Shown here piece after piece: positions 26,273 to 36,586 of a stretch of 64,000 nt of DNA. How positions within the stretch are numbered: the first letter of the stretch is position 1; every line of letters starts with the position of its first letter. Origin of the DNA: Antedon mediterranea (lineage: Eukaryota; Animalia; Echinodermata); the NCBI RefSeq assembly GCF_964355755.1, contig NC_092674.1, positions 9,796,001-9,860,000 on the forward strand. Direction: 5' to 3'. The notes below the pieces were generated by a model. It had not been told where the DNA came from. It made no database searches and saw nothing but the letters and a program-made list of their open reading frames with translations. A program made the translations under genes and the position numbers.

Positions 26273-28754
26273 ATGATCGGAAATAACAAGATAAAGTTGA
26301 AGAACGTCTTAAAAGGCACAACTACTTCAAAAGGTAGTGAACAATATCTTAAATTACACATTTTATTTTACAATTTTTGTAAGCTACCACTAGTCAAATC
26401 GATTCACACGCACCACCATTCTAGGCCTATTGCGCTTCTTCGGGTAAGCAGCCACACTTACCACCCGTCATAATATACGATTAAAAAAATTACATAGGGT
26501 TAACCCCATAATTAACATGTGTATGATTATTATTCTTTTCAAAATTGAGATTTATTTTATAGACCTACTGCCAACAATTACCTAGGACTAGGCCTATGCC
26601 TAGGTAGGTCAGGCCTAGTCTAGCCCAGCCATGGCCTAGCTAGTTAGGCCTAGGCTATCTATACTTATATTTTTTTTTATCCATTCGTAAGTTTGGAAGA
26701 CACATCGGCCCACGAAAGTTTATACATTTTTTAAATTGCGATTTATTTTAACATTGTCATTGATTATACATTCTTAAATTTAGACGAGTAATTTCCGGCC
26801 ACCCAGCAAAGTATAGTCTTTTCTTAAATAATCTAGGCCTAGGCCTAGCCTAATTAGCCTATGCATAAACTAAAATAGCCTAGGTTTTAATCATTTTGTC
26901 ATTAATGTTGTTATCAATTCGAAAGTTTTAAGAACACATATCCGGATATCCATCATAGTGATGAAAAGTGTTCTGTCTTTCCTAATCTAATACATTAAGT
27001 AACCTTGGCTAAAACATTTAACGTTTGACATGTGACAGATTCTGGAGAATTCCGTGATATTTGTTCAACCACTGATCGAAAGTTTCATGCCAATAATGCC
27101 CTCAAAAGTAGGAAGCGAAAATGGCGAAAGTCAGAGCCATTAACATCAGACATAAGTTCCCGCAAAGGTCCAATCAAGATCAAACGACCATGGCGGGAAA
27201 TCAACATTACAGATGAACTGAGACGTTCAACAACTAAACTGAACGTGAGTAATATTTAGCATTGCAAGGTTTACAATCGAAAACATTCTAAAGCGTGGTT
27301 CCCACTAGCGACGCAACGTAAGGACGTAACGCAACGCAAGTGAATTGACCAATCACAAGCGATGGCTTATTCGCTTGTGATTGCTAACTGTCTATAACTT
27401 CGCTTGTCATTGGTGAAAACGCTCGCGTTGGGTTTACGTCCTTGCGTTACGTTATAGTGGGAACCACGCTTTAGAAAGGTAGACTGTTAATGTTAGATTA
27501 TTTTCTTCCATCTCATAGTTTGTAATATTCATAATTTATGATGTGTTAATGTTAATCTATAATATTATTTTAAAGATTATTTTTAAATAGAAAAAACATA
27601 AACGTCAATTTAGTACCTTGTCAATCATTTTATTAAGGTTGTTACTATTTGAACCTTTTCTATTTTTAGACAAATGAATCAATAACTCATGTTGTTGAAG
27701 AAACATTGAAAATGTACCGCGCAGCTTCTTACAATATTGACTTTCCACAACTATCTGACAGTAAGTTGCAACATAGACCTACTAATTTCTTTTCAGTCAT
27801 TGCTTAGGCCCTAAATATAATCAGTCCTTTCTTTCGGTGTCACTCCATAAAAGCATTGTTTCTTTTTAAATCATGTAAATTTAAAATATTTGTTTTGCAG
27901 CCCCAATATCGAATAACATTTTGTCTCCCAATGTGTAATTTTGGCTTGTTAAAAAGTCATAACTGTGTGTTAATATGTTTGATTTAGGTATCCCCGAGAA
28001 GAAGCCGAATGTTGTCTACACCAACGGAAGTGATACCAATTCATGTCCCTCCTTTCGTTCACCAGCTAAGAGTCTTTATGATGGTAACATTTTAAATGTA
28101 AACAAAGATATAATAATTACAAATATAGTTCATCTTACTTTTTATTACAGATCGTTATCACCACTCTCTCGAGCTTCGCGTTGCAAGAAACGCTACGATA
28201 GGACCATCCACTCCATCCAGAAGTCGAGGAAATGTTTTAAGACTAGCTCACCGTACTGGAGCTGGTTGAGACATCATGTGGCTGGTATTAAACCAAACAA
28301 AAAGTTGATGCGACGGACGTTGTTGAGTAGTATTAAAGACAGTGCTAAGTTTAATGTTGGGATGACTGGTAAGTATGCATCTCCTCACTGCAAGTTCGAA
28401 CCCCAAGGGGTAGGTATTGGGATTGATAGCATTGATAAGCTCGGTAATGATAACAGCAGTGTTAGGCCAACGATTTATAGTAGTCATATCAAGAAAGCCA
28501 AGCGGATGTGTTTCAGCATTCATGACACACCAGAGCTACCGTCAGTAGATGACATGCTTGATGCTGATCGGAGTTGCAGGAGAAAAGTGCCACTACGTAA
28601 CACAGGTGAGAGCTTTAGTACCATCATAACGCCAATGCCCATACGATGTAAACGAGTGTGTCTTAACATTCACGACACACCAGAGCTGCCATCAGTTGAA
28701 GTAATGCTCGATGCTGATCGGAGTTGCAAGAGAAAGGTTCCATTGCGTAAGTAG
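26273..28754 (+). CDS. Putative multi-exon orphan gene encoding a basic, Ser-rich protein with two ~33-aa repeats
   Basis: Candidate exons 26273-26333, 27039-27244, 27670-27760 and 27988-28083 join in frame, downstream of a CpG-rich patch (26070-26160). A long open stretch runs to 28754 with the repeat KRxCxxIHDTPELPSVxxMLDADRSCxRKVPLR. The apparent 28084-28150 intron gives a phase conflict, so the model is uncertain. Confidence 0.5.
27292..27470. mobile_element. PIF/Harbinger MITE, family A
   Basis: TIR agcgtggttcccacta with TAA/TTA flanks. Other copies at 24921-25048, 29570-29911 (tandem partial units), 51096-51258, about 52970-53118, 57550-57723 and about 60248-60401. Confidence 0.85.
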
Positions 28755-30130
28755 TTTGATACAGTAGGTTTACTTACATGTCGAGGTGTAATATCAGTTG
28801 CTACTTAAACTAAACGTAATTAAACTTAACTATAACACCCTGTGATCGTAAGTATACATTACGCGAGTATTAGATCTGCTGGTAAAGCACTGCCTTTCTA
28901 GGTATAGGTATAAATTATCATCAGCCATTACTACATAATAGCAAGGTAATCAAACCCTGTAAGCAACTTTTGTTTATACAGTACAGAAGGAGACTAAAGT
29001 ACAGTATAAATGATATTAAAAGTTGTTTTTTTTTATTATATAGTCCTATTTCAAGATTATTGATTAATCGCATATATTATAATTGTTTGCTGATTTTGAA
29101 TTTTACTTAATGTAAACATTAATTATAAACTTTTTTTAACTATTTAAAAATGATCACATTTCATCGCAAAAATAGGCCTAACAGTTGTTTCCAAATATTA
29201 TTTCAATAATTTGGCCAATTTGGAAAGAAAACAAAATTTCCAGTCTGAAGTCGGAGATGCTACCTCATCGTGGTAGACTGGTGTCAACATCATTGGTATC
29301 AAATTAATAATGGTACCAAGGATGGCTAACAGCATCACGCTTTACCCCAAAGCAAAGGCTAGCTTAAACGTTGCAACTTACTTAATAAACAGAAGTTATG
29401 TTTGAACTTTCTCACACACAGAAAGCTAATAAAAACTTGTTTTGTCTTAAATGGCGATAATTCTTATATCATAAAATATAACGTTTAGAATGATTCGAAG
29501 TAACAAAACGTTCCAGAACTTACTACTAGACACAACTTTCAAGTGCAGTGAACTATAGTATTTTAAATATACACACAACGTAAGTGAGTTTGACCAATCA
29601 CAGGCGATGGATTCTTCGAACTGTCGACTTGTCATTGGTCAACACGCTTGCGTTGCGTTTACGTACTTGCGTCGCATCCTAGTGGGAACCAAGCTTAAGC
29701 ACAACGCAAGCGATTGGACCAATGACAAGCGACATTTGGAAGAATCCATCGCTTATGATTTGTCATTATTACTTGCGTCACCGCATCCGAGTGGGTACCA
29801 AGCTTAAGCGCAACGCAAGAGATTGGACCAATGGCAAGCGACATTTCGAAGAATCCATCGCTTATGATTTGTCATTATTACTTGTGTTGGAACCTAGTGA
29901 GAACCAAGCTTTAACCAGGGAAGAGTTAATAATTTAACTCTTCCCTGCTTTAACATAGTTTAGCGCAAAAAAATTAAAAAGAATTTACCTTTGCCTTAAG
30001 ATCTATCGTAGTAATATTTTGTAATATTACGTTTACTTATTGTTATTAAATCTATAGCATTCATGGCAACAAATATTATTGAAGCCGTTGTTAATTAGGC
30101 CTATTATTATTTTTTTATTTATTTAGCTTA

Positions 30131-30288
30131 AGCTCTGTCTACACTATCAAAATAGTTTGACCCAAGAAGTGTGATGTGCCCAAATATGGTAGTGATATGC
30201 TTAAATATGATAGTGGTATGACATCATCATTATCCAATGGGCACATTACATTTTTTTCACATAAAATTTGATAGTGTTAGACAGAGCT
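30131..30288. mobile_element. Harbinger MITE, family B copy
   Basis: TIR agctctgtctacactatcaaa / tttgatagtgttagacagagct. Confidence 0.8.
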
Positions 30289-30928
30289 TCACGAATGTCT
30301 GCCTTGAATCTCATCATTGAAAGTACACTTAAATGTTCAACAACAAACAAAATAAGTTGAGCATTATGCGTGTTGCTCTCCTGTGAATAAAATCAATATA
30401 ATGTCATATTAACGACGGAAGCTATAACAAAAAACAATAGCACCATTTCAATATAAGTAAGAAATGTAATTCTCAATGTTATGTTGTGTTATGTATTTGA
30501 CAATAAAGTTTTCTTTTACCTTGAAATTCTGTCAAATTTAAAGGAGATGCTTAAGCTCTGTCTATACAGTTTAAAAGAGTAGTAGTAGACAGAACTTACT
30601 ACGGTACTACAAGACAAAACTACTTTTAAGTGCAGTGAACAATATACCTTTGCCTTCAAGATCTACCGTAGTAATAGTTTGTATTAATTTTAAGAGAAAA
30701 TATTTTATTTATCTTGTTCTTAAATCGATAGAATTCAAGACAAATCAATAGGCCTAATTTAAAGCCGTTTTTATTTACATTTTTTTTTTATTTAGCTAAC
30801 GTAATTTGTGCCTTGAATCTAATTATTGAATGGACAATTGTTCAACGACAAAAAAGTTAAGCATTTGTATAAAACGGGTTGCTCTATGAATCGAATAAAA
30901 TCAATTTAATGTAATATAATGTCATATT

Positions 30929-31441
30929 AGAGAGGTTTCGCAATCTTACGAATACCATAACGAAAACGGATACGTGACGCACACGTATTCGTTTTCGTAA
31001 GCCATAAAAAAATCTGTTTCGCATGGCAACGAATTATTGAGGCGCGTCCAAAATATGACTGCGGTAAATTTGAGCGAAGCGCAGGTACGTGTTGTTGCTT
31101 GGTGCTTGGCTGCCTAGGCCTAGCGTAACATCAAAGCGAGTGAGGACTTTAAAAACTGCTATTTATCAAAATTGACTTGGCATTTTAGTAAATTACTTTA
31201 GTAAATTACTTTCAATAAATCTATAATTATATTATAATCATGAATCATTCCTGATTCAAATGCAAAATGTGGAAAATAGATCAAAAACTATATACTCGTT
31301 TTGTAGTTACGAATATGACTGGTGATATTCGTCAACACGAATACGCTTTACGAATATGAAATGGGGATCAGCTCAAAAGTTTCACAAATGTATGACGTAT
31401 CCGTTTTCGTTATCGTATTCGTAAGGTTGCGAAACCTCCCT
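30929..31441. mobile_element. Non-autonomous PIF/Harbinger-ISL2EU (PHIS) group DNA element with ATT TSD
   Basis: About 45-bp TIR ag(a/g)gaggtttcgcaa(t/c)cttacgaatac...; ATT duplicated on both sides; the paralogous empty site aatgtcat-att-aac is present at about 30400-30413. Confidence 0.8.
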
Positions 31442-31447
31442 ATTAAC

Positions 31448-31905
31448 TTAGGCAACGATTACTTCTCTTACTCTGGTGCCCTTGAATTTCTTAATTTAGA
31501 GACTTTGGCTCAAAGAAGGGTGGAGCATTGTCGCAAGTTCGCTGAGTATTTCCCCAAAATTAAACAAACAGCTGATTTAATCCCACCGACCAGACATAGC
31601 TGTCATGGTAGGAATTTAAGAAATAAAAACAAAATTACCCAGCTAGCGTCTAAAACATCCAGATTTACCAATAGCCCTATACCCTACTTCATCAAATTAT
31701 TAAATTCTTAATTTTCTCCCCTGCAAGCTTGCGATTGCTCTCCCCTTCTTTGTTGTTTTTTGTTGTTTTTTTATATTTTATATTTATATATATATATATA
31801 TTTTTGATATGACATTTATTTTACACGCAATTTGGCTCTTAGCCACGAGTTGTAATTTTGGTCGATTTTTTGATATTTGAAATAAAAGTGAATAATAATT
31901 ATAAC
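31448..31905 (+). mobile_element. CR1-group (Crack/Daphne/L2-like) LINE 3' end
   Basis: Peptide SYSGALEFLNLETLAQRRVEHCRKFA...HGRNLRN...KTSRFTNSPIPYFIKLLN*, then a T-rich UTR and an AATAAA/(AAT)n tail. Confidence 0.7.
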
Positions 31906-33841
31906 TCCATTGGCGAAAACGCGTGAGCTTATTCGTAAATAAAAGGTTGAATTGAAGGTGTTATCACGATTCTGTATGATTTTGGTCGGATTTTGTGTAC
32001 GCTATACCATTTCGTCCGTAGGGGGTTCGCTTTCGAGGTCTTCGCTTTCGACGACACCGTTCGCAGTTTGATGTACTTTATGCATACTGACTACCAGTGA
32101 TCTAAACCGCCTGATCTAAACAGGTACGCGGTTGTCTGGCGGTGTCCTTTGTACGAATTCGTTCGTGCCCCAGCTCACTGTATGCGTACGATTCACGCGT
32201 CAATATCATGTTACATCCAGGGACCAAAAATTCGTATTTATTTTCCAGATGAAAATCGGCAATTCATTTGCAACTTTTAGAAATTTACCAACACGTATTG
32301 CTCGACGTACGCTCATACAGGGAAGAAGGTAGAATACGAGTTTACGAATTTTTTAATTTACGATTAACCTTTTGTACTGTGAGGTATTGGAGGATCCGCA
32401 GTCGGAAAGCAGAACCCCCCCCCCCCCCTGTAATAATGAACAACTAAGTTGTAAGTTGAGTTTTGATTTTTAGACTTTATTTTAATTTATTACACTGAAA
32501 CCAAAGCATCATTTGCATGCTCAAGGAATATACAAATACATGAATGTAATCATCATATTTTTTTCTCTATTTTCAGTATTGTAACATTATTTGATGCTGT
32601 AGATGCATCAAACACCAACAACATTTTTACATTTTCTGTTTCTGGGTAAAATATGGCATTTTTTCCTTCTCACATGCACTTGAGATTGTTATTATACAGT
32701 ATTATATATATATACATTTTTTTTTTTGACATGATTTTTTGTTTACATTTTACAGTATACAGTAGGTAACAAAGGCCTGCATTGTGTTTTCTCATAAGAT
32801 ATTCTCATTTGTCACCTAGCAACAGATAGAAGGTACTGTTCACATTAGGTAAGGTGTTTTCTAGAAAATACTAGAATTTATTTTTAAATTGTTGCTAAAT
32901 TAAACTACTATGTACACACTGTCTTAGTTGTATGTTTCATTAATTAGGAATTACACGCAATATACACAAAAATATATATAATGATAATTAAAGGATAAAT
33001 AAATTGTATTAATTTCAAATTATACAAATTTTATTGGAAATATTATATACTTGTAATTTGTTCAATTATAATAAATAAACATTTTGTTGGTGTTGTCACC
33101 GTAATTTGATACAGCAACCATACATGGGTTATATGAAAAAATATGTAATGTAATAATATAAAAATACACATTGAATGATTAGATTAAGAATTAAAATACT
33201 AAAGATATTATTTATATTTTTTCATTCATTATGAATTAGGCAAAAATGGATCATATACAGATATGGAAACAATTTATAATTTGATTTAATAATTTGAATA
33301 TTTCAATTTATATAGGAAATACTTTATATAATCAATTTATATACATGGGGAAGAGTAGTCTTGCTTTTAATAATTAAACATTTTGATTGTTTTGTCACCA
33401 TAATTTGCTACAGCAACCATACGTGGGTTATGAGAAATGATGCATAACTGCTGTGGTGAACTAATTCCATCTTCTTGTTGATCAATTCTTTTGATAAAAT
33501 GCCTATCACTACTGAATAGTTGTAGTTTGTTGCCACTTCCTATGATGATGTTATCATCCTCATCAACTACAACTCCACGTGGGTACTTTCATTGACTTAT
33601 CCTTGTCATCATACAATAATACTTGATGCTGCCCTCTATATGCTACAAGTACTTTACCAGTTTGTGTCAGTGCAACATCAGTGTATCCATAATAACCTGA
33701 TTCCTTTTGTGTTCCTATCTTCTTCAACAGCTTACCATTAATTATGTCAAACACGTACACACATGTAATGTGCAAATCTGATACATATATAACATTAGTT
33801 ACCTCATCTATGTGAATACCATATGGATTTATCAATACACC

Positions 33842-34258
33842 TGTCATATTATTGATGTTGTGATTCTCTGTGTTTAGAGAAGGATGCTTTAGACCAGGTC
33901 CACCTTATATTATTAGCCAATCAAAATCGTATAAATTTTGGAGGGAAAATGTTATCCTCCTCTGAAGCCTAAAATTTGCATGTCCAGTATAAAAGTGGTA
34001 TGTAATAGAATAGATATTAGGGGGAGAAGGAATAAGATCAGAGTAGACAAACGGAAAGTTGATAATGAAAATATTAAGGCTTGACTGGTAGTGGTAGAAA
34101 GATGTATTAATCGAATTACAAGAAATAAAAGTTCTAGTTGAGTTAAATATACTTTTTGTATGAGTTATCATTCAGTGACAGTGTACGTCGCGTGGAGTTA
34201 TATATATACGCCTGAGAAAGCTCGGAACCAACTAATAGTAAGATAAATATTCACTACA
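33842..34258 (+). repeat. 5' LTR (417 bp)
   Basis: tgtcatattattgatg...tattcactaca. By eye it differs from the 3' LTR by about 9 substitutions and 3 small indels. Confidence 0.95.
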
Positions 34259-34272
34259 TGGTGGCAGCGGTG
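34259..34272 (+). other. Primer binding site complementary to tRNA-Leu
   Basis: tggtggcagcggtg directly after the 5' LTR is the reverse complement of ...CACCGCTGCCA-CCA of tRNA-Leu(AAG/TAG). Confidence 0.8.
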
Positions 34273-34741
34273 AAAATTTTTGTTTACATGATTTAAGTAT
34301 CAAGAAGAAGAAGAAGTGACAGTGCCTACTCTACGGGCCTGTTAAATCAGTAACCAAAAAGTTAAATGGTTACGAAGATCTGGATTCCTCACAGTTTTTA
34401 TACCGTGCGTTGTTTGGATATTACAACGAAGAAGAAGTACTGTTGAGCTCAAGACTGCTGGATATTCATCGGAGATATATTCACCAAGATCTGAAAGAAG
34501 AAGACTGAAGTAACAGAAGGAAGCCCAGTAAATTTTGAGAAGATTTGCAAAGCTGACTTTGTAAACTATTTTTATTTCGAGCGAAATTGGAACGTTGTTT
34601 GTGACTTTGAAGTAAATTAATGTCTTGTATTGCATTTAAGAATTTATGTGGATTTCATATTAATCAAGGTAATACAAATACTTTTATAACATATTTTGTA
34701 TACATAAGTTTACATATTTCATTAGTAAAATTGTTATTAGC

Positions 34742-36586
34742 ATGACAACTTTAAGATCGGGTAAAAATATAGATAAGACTATGTCAGACAAAGATACTAG
34801 GGAAGATATGGTTGACCAAGAAGAGGTTGACCAAGTCAATGAAATATATGATAAAATGGCTAGGGATATTGATTTGCCCGAAATACCCGGCGGTATGCCT
34901 AAAGATATGATGCTCGAATATTTTCGAATGAAGTTCGAGGCCGAAAACAAAAAGTTAGAATTACAATACCAACAAGACCAATTAAGATTAGAAGCAGATA
35001 TAGAGCAAAAGAAAATAGATATAGAGCAAAGAAAAATTGAATCACAAGAAAGAGTGAAAATGATGGAATTAGAAAATAGGTCTAGCTACAGTAATGCTAG
35101 GAATATAGTAGATGAAATGAAGGTAAAGGTTCCTACTTTGAAGGAATCAGATGATATTGATATATATTTTAGAACATTTTAACACTTGGCAGAAGCCACA
35201 GGTTAGGATAAGAATACGTGGTCCGCTAGGTTAGCACCTGAACTGTCTGGTAAAGCTAGGACAGCATATGCATCCTTAACCGTAAAAGAATGTGTAGATT
35301 ATGATACCTTAAAGAAGGCAATCTTAGAAAAGTATGATGTGTCCGCAGAGACTTACAGATTTAAATTTAGAAATTCAAACAGAGTTAAAGATATGTCCAT
35401 CAGGGAATGGCTGAATGAGCTCTCCCATTATTTAAAATGTTGGATGAAATGTGCTAATGTAAAAGAAGATGATGCTGCAGGCATTATTGAAATGATTATA
35501 ATGGAACAGGCACTTGATAAAATGCCTGAAGATCTGAGGCTTTATCTTAGAGATAAACAAGTAAATAAGAGCTATGATATGGCTATGATAGCCGATGATT
35601 ATATAGCTAATAGAGGTGGCCGTGGCTATTGGAATGCCGTAAATTCTGAAAATAAGCCTACGTATTATAAGGGCCAAGAAAATAGTAAACCTAAGAATAG
35701 TACGACTCAGAATAACCCTGGAGCTAGGCAGCAAGGATACAATAGGTATCGCGGAAGGGGAGGCAAATTCCATAACTATGGTAGAAATTTCCAACAGAGA
35801 GAACCTTCAAATGAATGGATTAATGGCCTATGCTTTAATTGTAAGGAGAAGGGACATAAAATAGGGGATTGTCCTAAGATGGTAGCAAAAGGAAAGACTA
35901 GTGACACTAAGAAGGGCCCGAATGTGAAAGATGGCTTAAGATGTGAAGGACTAAAATCAGATAGACCCCAAGTAGTTATAGATAGTGTAGAAAATAAAAT
36001 GGAGAAATGTAAAATACCAGGAAAATTAGAAGGACAGGATATAACTATGCTAAGAGACTCGGGATGTACCCAGTCAGCTGTTAAGGAAAGTCTAGTGCCT
36101 AACAAATGTTACTTGCCAGGAAAATGGGTTACGTTAAGAGGTATAGGAGGCGATATTACTGTCCCCTTAGCTGAGGTAGCTATAGAAAGTAAGATAGTGA
36201 CAGGAAAAGTGATTGTAGCCGTAATCGAAGGATTACAGAGGGACATGTTATTGGGTCATGATTTGGACCAGAATTGTGGGGAAACAATGGCTAAAGAAAT
36301 GTTCGTCCTAACTAGGGAGCAAGCCAGAATAGAAAATGATGTTAGAATACAAGACGAAATGATATTGTTAGGGAAAGATAGTAACTTTAAGCCGATAGAA
36401 GAGCCGCCTAAAGAAACTAATGTACAATTGTGGAAAACAGTAGTAAATGACAACAAAGTAAATAAAACTAAGTGTTTAGATGATATGAATGGAACAGAAA
36501 TGAATATAATTTGTTTGACGAAAATGAGGATAGAGCTAAAGATAAAACAGTCAAACATAAAACTTATGAACAACAGCACAAGCTGA
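34742..36586 (+). CDS. gag: Gag (SCAN-like capsid region, CCHC knuckle) plus aspartic protease, interrupted by two in-frame stops
   Basis: ORFs 34742-35182 and 35339-36586 share a frame; stops are TAA 35180-35182 and TAG 35204-35206. Motifs: AETYRFKFR...IIMEQAL..MPEDLRLYL...AMIADDY, CFNCKEKGHKIGDC, LRDSGC. Confidence 0.85.

Noticed and set aside
33905-34171. Duplicated minus-strand ORFs (33905-34171 and 39607-39807)
   Set aside because: They are just the two LTR copies; no protein signal.
36495-36520. Programmed -1 ribosomal frameshift between PR and IN
   Set aside because: No slippery heptamer is visible, and the element has other inactivating mutations, so a 1-bp deletion is more likely.
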